The notes under the pieces are model-generated. The model saw nothing but the letters and a program-made list of their open reading frames with translations, had not been told where the DNA came from and did not search any database. Of a DNA stretch of 64,000 nucleotides, positions 44,530 to 58,100 are shown piece by piece (within the stretch, counting starts at the first letter, position 1; the number at the start of each line of letters is the position of its first letter). Source of the stretch: Mobula hypostoma (lineage: Eukaryota); NCBI RefSeq assembly GCF_963921235.1, contig NC_086108.1:65908001-65972000 (forward strand). Direction: 5' to 3'. Both the position numbers and the translations under genes were made by a program.

Positions 44530-46330
44530 GATGCACCCAGCAGGATGCTCTCCACCGTGCATCTATAGAAGTTTGTCAAAATTTTAGATGACATGATGAA
44601 CCTCCACAAACCTCCAAGAAAGAAAAAGCCCTGTAGGACCTTCTTTGAGATTGCACTTATGTGCTAGTCTCAGGACAGATCCTCTGATCTCAGAACGTCA
44701 AGGAACTTAAAGTTACTGACACTTTCCCTCTGATGCCCTAATGAGTATTGGCTCATGGACCTCTGGCTTCTTCCTCCTGTAGGCAATAATCAGTTCTTTG
44801 GTTTTTCTGATATAAGTGCAAGGTTGTTGTTGTGCCACCCTTCAACTAGACTTTCAATCTCCCTCCTATATTCTGTTTCATCACCACCTTTGATGAGGCC
44901 AACAACAATGATTTAATCAGCATACTTAATTATGGCATTAGTGTTGTACTTAGCCACACAATCATAGGTATAAAGTGAGTGGAGCGGGGGCTAAGCACAT
45001 CGTTTTGTAGTGCACCTCTGCTGATGTTGAGGAGAATATGTCATTGCCAGTCTGTACTGACTGGAGTCTGCAAATGAGGAAATCGAGGATCCAGTTGCAT
45101 CTGAAGGTATCAAGCCCAAGGTATTTGAGCTTAGTGATTAATTTCAAGGGGATAACAAATTTGAATGCTAAGTTGTACTCAATGAAGAGCCAAGTGATAA
45201 ATGCATCTTCATTGTCCAGATGATTCAGATGATTAATAATGGATATTATATTAACAGCATCTACCACTGACCTGTTATGATGGCAGGCACATTGGAATTG
45301 ATCCTTGTCACTCCTCAGGCAGGAGTTGATATGCATCATGACCAACCTCTCAAAGCACTTCATCGCAGTGTATATAAGTGGTACTGGACAATAGTCATTG
45401 AGGCAGATTGCCAAGTCTTTTTGGACACAGTATGGTTGAAGCCTTCTTGAAGCAGATGGGTACCTCAGACTGCCAAAGCGAGAGGTAACCCTTTAGTTAG
45501 TTGATTAGTGCAGGCCTTTAGTACTCAATCAGCTACACTATCTGGGCCATATGCTTTTCATGGGTTCACCTTCCTGAAGGATGTTCTCATGTTGGCCACA
45601 GAGACTAAAATCACAGGGGTCTCAGACCATGGTGGTTCGTGAAGTTGCTTCCATGCTCTTGTCAGTCAAAATGAGAATAAAAAGCCTTGAGCTTATTTGA
45701 AAACAAAACTTTGATGTTGCTTATGTAGCTTTGTAGGAGGTGATAGCATTCAATCCTTGCTACAATGGTCAAGCATCATTCTGTGATTCCAGGTTGGTCC
45801 AGAATTGCCACTTTGCATGCAAAATGGCTTTCCATAGGTCATACCTGGACCTCTTGTATTTTCTTGCAAAGCCAGTCCTAACATCACTGATCTAGCCCTC
45901 AACGGATTGTGGATTTCTTGGTTCATCCAGGGCTTCTGGTTGGGGAAGACTCAGAATGATTTTGTGGGTACACTTTTGTCCATGTGAATCTTTATAAAGT
46001 CTGTAACAACTGTGGGACATTCACTTAGGTCCTCTGATGAGTCCTTGAACATGGCCCACTCCATCTAATCAAAGAAATCCCATGGCCACTCCTCTGCCTC
46101 TCATGGAGGCAGAGGAGTGGCCATGGGATTTCTTTGATTAGATGGAGTGGGCCATGACCAACTCTTTGTTGCCCTTACTTCTGGTGTCTTGCTTTTTAAT
46201 CACTGCCAATATACCTGGAGGAGGTGTTCAGATTTTCCGAACTGAGATGGAGATGGAACAGTAGGGATCTTCTATCCAATGATGGCCAACTGTGATGTCA
46301 GTAGTGGCTCTAAGAAGGTTCTCTGATGAA
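44530..46330 (-). mobile_element. Degraded Rex1/Babar-like LINE
   Basis: ORF 44962..45414(-): CLNDYCPVPL..AMKCFERLV...CNWILDFL; upstream tether remnants including FPNQKPWMN. Confidence 0.8.
46050..46156. repeat. Perfect 51-bp inverted repeat with 5-nt spacer
   Basis: 46050-46100 is the exact reverse complement of 46106-46156; spacer tcatg. Confidence 0.95.
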
Positions 46331-48389
46331 GCAAAGATGAAAGTTGGCAGCAACCCTCCATAGGCTCAAGTTTTTTTCTGTTATACAACTCTTACTGAAA
46401 ATGGAGTATCACTTCTCTTCATCAGCAAGCCTTCCTATATGTTGCTGGAAAGAAATTAATTTCCTTCCACCTTCTCCTGTGTGGTCACAGGAGAACTCTG
46501 GTATGATTAATAAGGATTTTGACATAAAATGGTGGAGCACATTTTTTTCCAAAGAAATGCACCATCAGCATCTTTCAAACTCCTATCATTGCAGAGCCAG
46601 TGCTCAACTGCACTCAATTTAGAGCTAAGACTTTCAAGTTTGGGGAGGTGGGCGGCCTAAAAATGAGTCAATCTATGGGGGGAAGGACTTGAAATGTTCA
46701 AAAATTCTGCATTACTGTCTTTTGAGGAACATTTATTTGTAACTATGGTTGTTAGTTACTTTACTGTATGAATACTGTGTGTATTCAAAATGTAAATGTC
46801 ATTTTAACTGTGCGTCTCAATCAGTTTTTTTGCCTTTTGATAACGACGATTTGCCATCATTCACATCTGTTTCTTTTCTTAAATGAAAAGGTATAAATAA
46901 TCCGGAGGAAAAGGAATTTGTAGCCATCTAAAATTTTGAACTGTTCAGTACAGTGGTAAAATCAGCAAACAATAGAATGTTTCTCTGACTGTTAGAACAC
47001 AGCACAATTTGCTCTTAAACTATGTGGTAAAACTAGGAGAACCACTGTCAAATGTTTAAGGGTTGTGATATATTCCTAAGTGGCTGCTTGCACAATGACA
47101 CAGCCCCAATATTAAATTAAGCAAGTACTGTAACTAATTCTAGATGACAAAAAAAGTTTTTAGTGACCTTTAAAGACATGCTCAAAGAGATATTTGTCCT
47201 TTTGCAGAGAAGGTAAGATGTCACGTCGTGCACAATTTAGATTCTCCAAATGACCTTTACCAGAAGATATTGTAAAAAGGTGCACCTCATTAACTTCAGC
47301 AAAACTACTGACAATAATTAAACAACAAAGGCTGTATTGGAATCATGTCTTGTTCTTTAAATGATATATAATTCATAAATGTTTTATGAACAGATGTCAT
47401 AACACAGTGCATCACACAAATCAAAACTGTATGTATAAAGGAGTGGATGGAAACATAAAAGTTTCTGATAGACATCCCGAAAAAGAACTTTAATGAGAAG
47501 TACGGTTTGACTGATTGATAAATGAAGATGGTTGAAATATTCTTACTTGGTCTGTCAGGAACTTTTAATTTTAGCGTGAGACCACATCTTTTTTTTCAGG
47601 TAATATCTTGATAGAAAATGTCTGTATGATTCAGCATAATATAGTAATTAACACTGTGGATTTAGTGTATGTATATCATAGAACTGAGATTTTGCCAAGT
47701 TTCAAAGAAAATAAAATCCTAGGCCTTTTTTTTTCACTTTAGGTAGCAAATCTAATTTAACTTTCCTCAAAATAGCAGCACCTTTCAAATCTTTAGTTGA
47801 CAACTAAAGATAAGCATTTTTGCAAAAATATGCTTAAGTCATCAATTATACAGTATATACGATTGGGACATATGTTTTCTTTGTTCATTGTACTATCAAT
47901 TCAATACAGTGTGTTTTCTTACATTGCATCATTGCTGCCTCCTCTCCCCTCACCCCTTGAACAATGCACTCATGAAGCAAGTGAGAAGCTTTTGCAGAAT
48001 AGATAGATAGATATACTTTATGAATCCTGAGGGAAATTTGGTTTCGTTACAGCTGCACCGACCAAGAATAGAGCATAAATATAGCAATACAAAAAAACCC
48101 AACAATCAAACAGCAAAATGCAAACTATGCCAGATGGAAAGTAAGTCCAGGACCAGTCTATTGGCTCAGGGTGTCTGACCCTCCACGGGAGGAGCTGCAC
48201 GTTCAATGGCCACAGGCAGGAACGACGTCCCGTGCCGCCAAGTGTTGTATCACAGTGGAATGTGGCCGAAGTCCAACAGTAAAAAGTTCAGTCCTTAGTA
48301 TGCCCAGCTCCTTAGTATCTAGTGGCAAAAGGAAGCTTAAACTGTGGTAATTTCCCACAGAGCCTTTGTGGTGGCTGCACAAAAATTTA

Positions 48390-48573
48390 GATTGTCACTC
48401 CCATCTCCAGTCGTCTCGACTCTGTCTTGCCATTGGATCCAGATGGGAATTGGGAAGAGAGAGTGAGGCTGACGCTGCGCAACTCTCCCTCACTTAAATC
48501 CAAACCACGTGCTAGTCTCGACACCATAATAATGGTGTCGAGGTCCTCATCGACGTCCACGATAGACGAACAC
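48390..48573 (-). mobile_element. Probable RTE-type element 5' region with CpG-rich structured head
   Basis: gtgttcgtc...gaggac head, 11-bp hairpin at 48517-48542, then tggatttaagtgagggagag...gacgactggagatgg. Family assignment is from recalled similarity only. Confidence 0.45.
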
Positions 48574-49636
48574 TCCTGTACAGTGTAATGTGTTAATAGG
48601 CAGCATTTGCTTATGGAGATCGCCTTCAACTGAAAGACCAACAAATTATGAGTACACAAAATTGCATTTGTCATTGAGTCCTGCCAAAGTGTCTCAGCCC
48701 AAAGTATTGACTGTACTTTTTTCCCTAGATGCTGCCTGGCCTGTTGAGTTCCTCCAGCATTTTGTGTGTGTTCCTGTAGAGAAGAGAGAAGGCAATAAAT
48801 TAAAAGTCCTCCAATTAGCTGTCTGGAATTAATAAAAAGTTGCTTAAGTCTCATGTCCATGAGAAGCAGTACTGAGGCATCCTAGTTAGGAATGTTATCA
48901 AAATAATTTGTGACGTCTATTGTTATTTATACTCAGACCAATTGACTTCATAAACCTCAGTGCCTCTGAGATAGAATGGGAATGTAAATTAGTCATAGAT
49001 TTTCAGAGTTATACAGCACAAAAATGGGGCTTTCACCTCACTGGTGAACATGTCAATCTTTTAGAACATCTATGCTAATACCATTAAATCCGTATCTTTA
49101 TATGCCTTGTCCATATAAGTGCCCATCAGCATTTTTCTTAAATGTAGTTATTGTTTCTGATTCCATCACTGCCTTTGACATGCCATATGCCTTTTACACC
49201 ATCCTAACTATTGCATTACCACTTTCTGGGAATTATGGACTTGAATCCTAGATTCCCTTTCCTTAGGAAGCTACTATTTACATTGTCTACCACGACTTGA
49301 CTTGATAGAATGTGACACCTCACAGCTGTTGGGATTAAATTTCATCTATCAAAGTTCAAATTAAATTTTATTATCGAAGTACATACTGTATATGTCACCA
49401 TGATCTCAGTGAACGTACCAGCTAGTTGATCAGCACAGGTTTTTAGTATGTGGCTGGGTACCCTGTCCAGTCCGGATGCTTTCTGTGGTTTCACCCTCTT
49501 GAAGGCAGCCTGTATGTCACCTTCAGAGACTGAGATCATGGAATCATCAGAAGATGTAGGAGTTCGTGATAGTTCCTCCATGTTCTGCTGGTCAAATTGA
49601 CACTCTTTCAATACTCCACCAACTGTTCCTTTTGAT

Positions 49637-49836
49637 CAACAGGCAATCTGCTGGAAGAACTCAGCAGGTCAGGCAGCATCTGTGGGTGGAGAGCATCAAT
49701 ATTTCAAGTTAAAACTGTAGTGTAGTGTTTTGACCCGAAACAGCGTAAATTTTCCCCTCTCTCTAATACTGCTTAAGTCGCTGAGTTCCTCCAGCAGATA
49801 GCTTGTTGCTCTAGATTCCAGCTTCTGCAGACTCTC
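49637..49836. mobile_element. Old fold-back Penelope-like remnant
   Basis: caacaggcaatctgctggaagaactcagc ... gctgagttcctccagcagatagcttgttg inverted pair; gacccGAAAc remnant. Confidence 0.6.
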
Positions 49837-52800
49837 AGCTGAACTACTTTCTGCTGTAACCTTACTCATTACCCAGAACTCTAGCAATTTTGTATCATCT
49901 GCAAACAATGGAGGTCCCAGCATCCATAGCTGATGTACACAGATCTTTAATCAGAAAAACATCCTTCTTCCATCACATGCTAATTTTTCATTCAATTAGC
50001 CAGCTTGCCTGGATCCCATGTGCCTTCAACTTCTGGATCAACCTACAATTCAGGACGATACCTTAATGAAGTTACTACGGATAATGTCTACCACCCTGCC
50101 TTCCACTGCACTAAGATTTGCCGACTACCCTTCATCAGACCTAACTTTTTGATTATACATAAACCATTAGAATTTTCTCTAGTAACTTCCCTACTACTGA
50201 CATTAGGCTCACCAGCTTGTAGTTCTTTGGTTTAATTCTATTGTATTTCGTAAATAAAGGAACAGAATTAGCTATCCTCCAGACTCCTGGGATATCACTT
50301 GCGGCTAACTGGATGCAAAATCTCTGCAAAGACCATCTCCTCCCTTGCTGGGTAGATCCAGCCCTAGGGACTTATCAACCCTTACATGTTCCGTGGCATC
50401 TAATTCTCCCTTTTTAATACCGACAAGATCTGCACTGTCAAGATAGATACGTTATTGATCCCAAAGGAAATTACAGTGTCACAGTGGCATTACAAGTGCA
50501 CAGATATTAAAAGAGAAGTAAGGAAGAATAAAAAAAAGTTACCTCAAACAGTCTAACAAGAGGGAGTAATACTTTCCCAGCTATAGGTTGACTCATTATA
50601 GAACCTAAAGGCTGAGGATAAGAATGACCTCGTAAATTTAGATATATTTATAAAATGCCTTGGTTTTTGTTCACAGTATTGACAGCTTTCTAGAGAGCAC
50701 TTGATCAATGGTTCTTATTTGTTGTCATCAAGTGTGAACGGGATTGGACATGATTGTAATATTCTCATTAATAAAATAGGCACTCACTTTCTAGTCCTGA
50801 ATTCAAGAAACATCTTTGCTACTGTGGAGCTGTGAACAAATGTAAGACATTATCTGCATGACATTGCTTGCAAAGAGAGCATTTATTTGATAATCAAACT
50901 TATTTTCATTTTTGGTTTCTTCCTTCTAGCTTTTGTAATAATTTACTCTTGCAGTTGAATCTTCCCAAACTGGTTCCTTCTAATTCTCAGTTCACCTATT
51001 CGGTGAGGACTGATAGCAGTTTTTCTCTAATATTTTCTCAGACTAAGTTGAGTTCTGATAAATCAAATATTCAATTATTCCTTGACTAAGGAAGTATCTT
51101 ACCATTATTTCTAGATCAAAAGAATTCACAAAGTTGAATTCCTAATCCGTACAATAAAATCTTTAATAAGATAAATATGTCATGATTTGAAAACTGAAGC
51201 TGTTTTAGCCAAATTCTTTTGTGTGAACATGATATATGTGCAAATTATATAGCTCACATCATGAATACTTGCATTCTTTTACAGTAGACATTGTGGTGCT
51301 CTGACTGTTTTCTTGACCTTTATGGACAATATTGCTAACACACACTAGAAGTTTATATGTTTCAGTGAGGATTTATATTTTTGTCTCATGCTGCTTTTTT
51401 CTATAATGGCAGCTGTCATCACCGTTTAAAATCTTTTAAGCTTACTTGAACACTATCTGGATGTTTTGCTTAATAAAAATTAAACTACCAGTATTAAGCA
51501 TTAGGTCACTGGACTATTTTAGGACTCATCTTGGGTCACACAAAATCACTACAGTCAGTCAAAATTCCTAATGAAAGGCACAGTTGTGTGGAAGAAAGAG
51601 TAAGCTCCAGACGTGAATCAATGAAGTTTTTGTTAGGTTTTAAAATCAACCATCCTATTGGAACCCAATTGGATTTAAACTTCTCTTCAGGATGAATTGA
51701 TGGAGGTATGAATTAAATAGCATTTTTCTTCAATGAAAGTGGGCTCAAATTCAAAGCCAATGAGTGAAAACTGCATCTATAGATTGCATGACATCTTGCA
51801 ATTCTACATCATATGTTTCAACTTTTAAGAATTCTGCTTTCTGTATCTTAATCACACAAGGTTCCATATATTCCCATCCCAACTTTATAAAACTTGTTCA
51901 GTTGTCAATCTCCATTAACCCAGGATCCTACTGCCATTTTTGAATGTCCTTCTGTCTTTTTCTTGATGATATTCATCTTCATTTTGGTGCTGTTTCGTAA
52001 AATTTCTTCCTGTCCTGCTTATGTTTCTCCAACTTCCATTTTATTAGGCCCTAATGTTTTAACCTGGCTTTTGCCCAAATGTCTTCTAAACATCTTTCAA
52101 AACAATGCATTACATTCATCTCCACACTAAAAATCAAGAAGATAGTTTTTACACAATCATCGAAGAAATTTTAAATGTTTCAAAATTATTTTATTCTGGT
52201 TCATAACAATAACAATCTGTGAATTATTTCAACCAGTTTCCTTTGTCTCTATTGTCAGTGTGTGATGGTATTAGGATCACTGTCCACAAAAACCCTGAAC
52301 ACAAAAGGAGACATTACGCCCTTTCCAATAAGGGTATCTATAGTACCCTCACTAGAGGAAGGTAATGATGTATCTAGCTACTCTTCAAAGGCTAGGTTAC
52401 TTCCCTGTCGAGTTTCTGTGGTGAGATCTAGATGCCAATACCCATTATTTGAGTGGTATAGTAGGTCTCCCCTCTCAAGGAGGTACTTCCAGATAATGAA
52501 GTAGTTTAATCGCAGTTTATTTTATTTTTAATTATGTGTTAAAATTTAGACAAATAGATCTTAACACACATTTTAATCTCACAGAGGATTTCTGATTGAT
52601 AAGATATCCAAATTAGAAAAGATTTAGAAACTACAAATAATTTTGAAAGACAGGTCCAATTCTTACGAACTGAAAAACAACGTACCAATGAGTTGCAGAT
52701 GGATGAATTGTCCATCACAGAAACCAAAGAATGAGGAAAGAATTCTAGTTCTTCTTTCTGTCACCTGGTCTTTTTGTCTTTCACCTTTTCACTCCTAAGA

Positions 52801-53632
52801 ATCCAAAACCTTTCCTAATATTTATTTTGTTTTGCTGCTCATTGACATTATCTATAGGTGATGTTTTCTCAGATAATTTTGCTGGGACAAAGTAATTCAC
52901 ACGGATGATCTAAAAGCTTCTGGGGACAGAGAGCCCAGATACTCAAAATTGAGGGCTGACTCTCGGGTACACAAATATCCCAACTTTTAATTGATCAACC
53001 ATACCTATGGTCATGTTTGACAAAATCAGCCTGGTCTTCAGGCTTCCTTGATCTTCATTGCAATGGTACAAATAACTTAGCTAGTGTTGCCTGGTTTGAT
53101 GCAGACCAATTAACATAACCCTATTGTCTTAAAATTGATTAAATATGGGCCTACAAGACCTCACTGTCTAATTGTTTACAAGAAGCTGAGCAAGGAATAT
53201 TAATTAGAGGTTTAATTTGGTCAGAAACAACTCTGGCCCTTTGGAAGGGTAATGCTACTGTGCTAGAAAGCTGAGGTTTGCAATAAGCCTTTTGGGCCCT
53301 GGAAAGTGAATATCCATTACAACCTACTTTATTTGTGGTTGCATTTTGATCAATGTTAATCGTTAGCTAATCATGAATGTTATATTTATGGAGCACTGAA
53401 TGAAATTCATGACTTTAATAGAGTCTGAATAAAGTCCATGAATAATAATTTAATTAAATTAATTGAACTCACTGGCATGGCATGCATGTGGGAAATTATG
53501 AAAAACATATATAATTCAGGTAGATAGGTATCCATCAGGAATTCAGCAAATCCTTGGAGCTGAACTTGCAAATGTAATTTAACCTCTATTTTAAATTTAT
53601 GCTTTCTGCTTATTTTAATAAAATGTATATAA

Positions 53633-54591
53633 CACTGGACAACAAAGATACTGCTTCCTGAATACTTTTGGGTGCATCTTATGGATTTTGGGCTGCTGAT
53701 CATGAAAATCACTATGAAATTTTCCTATCATGCACCATGTATTTGAAATCACCTATGTTTGTTATTTCAATTCATAATTCAAGTCAGTTAAAATGTTGCC
53801 CACAACGTAAGCTGAAATGTTTTCTACCTTGTCCAGGCATGCCTGGGTATGCTTAGGCAGGGTGGATGCTGCATGGCAGGACAGGTTTTAGAAAGGCGAT
53901 ACATTTCCACAAAAGGATTTTGATATTTGGGACAGGTGTTTCCTAGAATAACTGATACCACGATTAAGGAAGGCATTGTTGCAGGTCCATACGGGTCATC
54001 AATGACCAGATGATTTAAAGAACTTCTTGTGGGACTAGAGAAAATCGCATGGAAGGCATTCAAGGATATTGTGGAAATTTTCTTGGCAACTACAGAGGAC
54101 CAACTACGTGCAGCTGATTGACAACATGCTTCAAACATACAAAACTATGAAGTGCAACATGTCACTAAAGGTTCATTTTCTGTATCTTCATTTAGACTTC
54201 TTCCTTGCAAATTTTGGCACTGTCAGTGATGAGCATGGTGAAAGGTTTCACCATGACAATGCAGTCATGGAAAAACGGTATCAGGGCAACTGGAATCCAT
54301 CAATGCTGGCTGATTATTGTTGGACATTTAAGCGAGAAGCCTCAAACACCGAGTACAAGCTAAAGTAATTAACAAAACATTTTTTAGCTTAGTTGAACCA
54401 TTGCAAAGTGTCAGCACCATTTTGCAATTAAATGCATTATATTCAAATAAAAGTTAATTTCTTGTTTCTCCAAATTCCTATGTAATACAAATAGTCTGAA
54501 ATTATATTTGTGTTCAGCTTCAAGTGGTCTATCATAAACAAAAAACATTTTGAGGAAGCATTACTTCTGAAGAAAAAGTGTTATTAGAATG
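53633..54591 (+). mobile_element. Chapaev3-type DNA transposon, internally deleted (second copy)
   Basis: TAA|cactggacaacaaa left TIR; decayed right TIR followed by TAA; NYVQLIDNMLQTYKTMKCNMSLKVHFLYLHLDFF...SDEHGERFH...MEKRYQGNWNPSMLADYCW. Confidence 0.85.
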
Positions 54592-54991
54592 TAATTTATT
54601 AATTCCATTGTCTTTATTTTTCATGGAAACCGCTTCAGGTAAATGTCATGGTGTTTCTAACAGGGAGAATTGCAGAGATGAACAGACAATCTGTGATAAA
54701 ATCAAACTATCATAAAGGATCACTGACTGAGGAGTCTGGGTCCCTAATTTAAAAAGTAAAGAGGTTCAGAATATTAAAGTCTATATTGTGTTTGCTGGTC
54801 CACCTGAAATCATCTTCAACTCCTGGAATGGACTGATACCAGAGGTGAAAAGAATTATACATTCAGTTAAACCACCCTTTGTTTGTGGACTGTACATCAG
54901 TCCTTAAAGTATGCTATGGATTTGGGATTTCTGATGCGCAAAGTCCTTAATCTATGTTTGACCTAACTCTCTTAAAAACGAGAGACTGCAA

Positions 54992-55161
54992 ATAGAAACC
55001 ATAGAAACCATAGAAACCATAGAAACCATAGAAAAACTATAGCACAGAAACAGGCCTTTTGGCCCTTCTTGGCTGTGCCGAACCATTTTCTGCCTAGTCC
55101 CACTGAATAGAAACCATAGAAAAACTACAGCACAGAAATAGGCCTTTTGGCCCTTCTTGGC
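54992..55161 (-). mobile_element. Two tandem, very short CR1-type 3' ends with (CATAGAAAC)n-type tails
   Basis: atagaaacc repeats followed by agcacagaaaYaggccttttggcccttcttggc, twice (54992-55115 and 55117-55161). Confidence 0.7.
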
Positions 55162-58100
55162 AGGGACTTCAGCACTAAGGCATTTAGGAATCTTATGCAC
55201 ATATATATCTTAATGCCCACAGCTGCTGATTTTATTTCTATTTTTTTTGGTGGAGATTATATAGGTAACTGCCATCCACAGATAATTTGGTGTTTAACAG
55301 TAATCAGGAAAATTAGCAATCCTGAGATTTAGAGGACCTAGGGGTGGGAGTGGGGGTGGTCCTGATTATCTGTAGATACTGGGGAGTAGGATCATAGAAT
55401 TTTTGACAAGGAAGGAGGGCATTTATTCCATTGTGTCTCTTCTGAACAAATATGATTTGCCCAGTCTAATATGACCTTTCATCCCTTGCTCCATATTGTC
55501 ATAGCTTGCATCTCTTTAAGTACAAGTGCATTTCTTAAATGTGATGAGAGATTCTTTCTTTACCACTCTTTCAGGCAGTGAGCTTCAAGCCTCTTGAACT
55601 GACTAGGTGAAAAAGCTTTTCCTCATCTTTTATTCTACAAATGACTTAAAGTTGTGGTGGCTGGATTTTGGTCAATCTACTTGTTACTATTTACTTGACC
55701 TACCTACATGACCGTAAATTTATGCCTCTTATTTAAATCTCCAATCAGTCATCTCAGTTTCAATGAAGGCAATCCTAGATAATCAAACTGTTCTTCAAAA
55801 CTAGAATTTTCCATACTTGGCAATATTTTTGAAAATCCCTTCTGTACCCACTCCAGACAAACCAATTTCTCTTTTGGTTCGCAGTCAAAATTGTGCACAG
55901 TATACTAGCTGTGAGTGTGAGCAAAGTTATCTCATCTTCTAGCATAACTTCACAGTTCTTACAGATGCTTAGGTGCCATTTTGGCTGGTAATCAACTTCC
56001 TGAATACCTTTCAATGAACTATCTCCTGGAGCTGTCCCATCATATTTAGGGATCTGAGGTTGTGGATTGTAAGATCCCTTTCTTCTTCTACACTATTCAA
56101 TATCCTCTCATTTATTGTATTCATTGCTATATTGCACCTCTCCAAAGCACTGCTTCTGAATTAAATTCTATTTGTCACTGCAAAACTCCACAGACCATCT
56201 TAGTTCATGCATTCTAAAACATTTCTCCTTTTGGTCATTCCATAACCAGTTTTTATGTCATCCATAAATTTATTTATTATCACCTTTGCAGTTGTCTAAG
56301 TTATTATTTTATATACAGTATATGTATTGGAAAAGAGGTCTTGTGGAATTCCACTGGTAGCAGCTTTCCAGTCTCAAAATCACCAGTTAACCATTACTTC
56401 TTGTTTTCTGCCACTGAAGCAATAATGGATTCAACTTCTCACCCTTCTTTATGAAGATAGAAGTATATAAATTAGGAGTAGGCCTCTCGACCCCTCAAGC
56501 CTGTTCTGCTGTTTAGTTTGATCATGGCCAGTTTGACAGTGACCTCAGCTTTACATCCCTCTCTACCAATAGTGACCTTTCACCCCCTTGTTTACTAATT
56601 ATCTATCTACCTCCATCTGAAAAACAGTCAAAGATTCTGCATCACAATCCTTTAAGGAACAGAATTCTACAAACTCATAATTCTTTTTGTCCCATCTTTA
56701 TCTTGTAATCGGGCCTTTATTTTTTAGACAATGATTCCTAGGTCTAGGTTCTCTCACAAGAGGAAATATTCTATCTATATAGACTCTGTCAAAATCCTTT
56801 AGCACCTAATATGCTTTCAGCAAGCCTCCTCCCATTCTTCTAAACTTCACTGGATACAAGCCTGCCTAGTCCAATCTTTCCTTATAAGGCAAATAGCCTT
56901 TCACTGAACTGTTTCTAACACACTAATATCCTTCCTTGAGTAAGGATACTAAAATTGTATTCAGTAGACCAGATGTGTCCTCAACAATGCCTTTATATAA
57001 CTGAAGTATGATTTCCTTACTTATGTGAAAATCAAAAGCAAAGCCAACAGGAAGTCTGAAATAAAAACAGGAAGTGCTGGAAAAACTCAGAATGTCGGAA
57101 CCTATCTGTCTATGTACTTGGCACATTATTTCACATATTAAAACATTAGGTAGTAGAGAACTTGGAATGGATGGAAGAACATTCCCCTTGTTTCAACCAT
57201 TCCACCTTCTCGTTTATCTAGAGTCTAGATTCTAAACTAACTTGATTCTCTTTCTCAGTTCTGATGAAGAGTCCCAGATCTGAAATGCTAATTATTTGTT
57301 TTCCCACCGATGCTATCTAATTTACTGAGTTATTTTCAAGTATTTCCATTTTTATTCCTTTTTATGTATTCAATTAGTTAAACAAAAATATTCTTTCATC
57401 TTTCTTAATTATTTATAACATAGTAGCCTTTTCTTTGCTCTTTTACACCTGAGTGCTCTGCACTCTTTCACCATTTTGTCAATCTGCATTTTTTTCCTGA
57501 CAAAAATTTATAATTCCATAGTTTTCCATTTGCCAGATTGTTGCTCAGTTTTGCAAGCTCCAAAAGAAGGCAAAGTGTGGGACGTTAGCAATTCGAAGTT
57601 ACTTATCTATGTTCCGGGCCTTGTCCATTATTGAGACTTATTGGGACAATATTATTTAATCCTTCAGTGCAGGTTGTCAATATACAAGATTTGCTGAAGC
57701 TCAGTTGATGGGATTTCCCTTAGTTCAGAAATATTTCTAAACAATTGACTGCCTCGTCTCAAGAAATTCAAGAAGCTACAGATGCCGCAAACTCCCCTCT
57801 TCTATTTCAGTCCAGATGATGACTTTTAACCTAAAACATAGCCTGCCTCCTTCCCTTTAAAGATGTAGCTTGACCTACCAATTTTCTCCAGCTTTTTTTT
57901 TTACAAGAATATTCACTTGGAGCCAAGATTGACTTTCAAACCTTTGAGTTATTCAAAAGCCTGACTTAAGGAAGATGAGTCATTTGCAACACAATGAATC
58001 ATAATTTCAACATAGCAATTCAGAGATACACATTTATTATTAATATGTACTCATACAGTTCTATTGCCCAAAGTACACATTACTGCTGAGAGTCTTGGGT

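Noticed and set aside
46034..46050. CTGATGAGTCC next to the 51-bp palindrome as another hammerhead core
   Set aside because: No closing helix II followed by GAAA and NUH; it is antisense LINE coding sequence (KDSSED)
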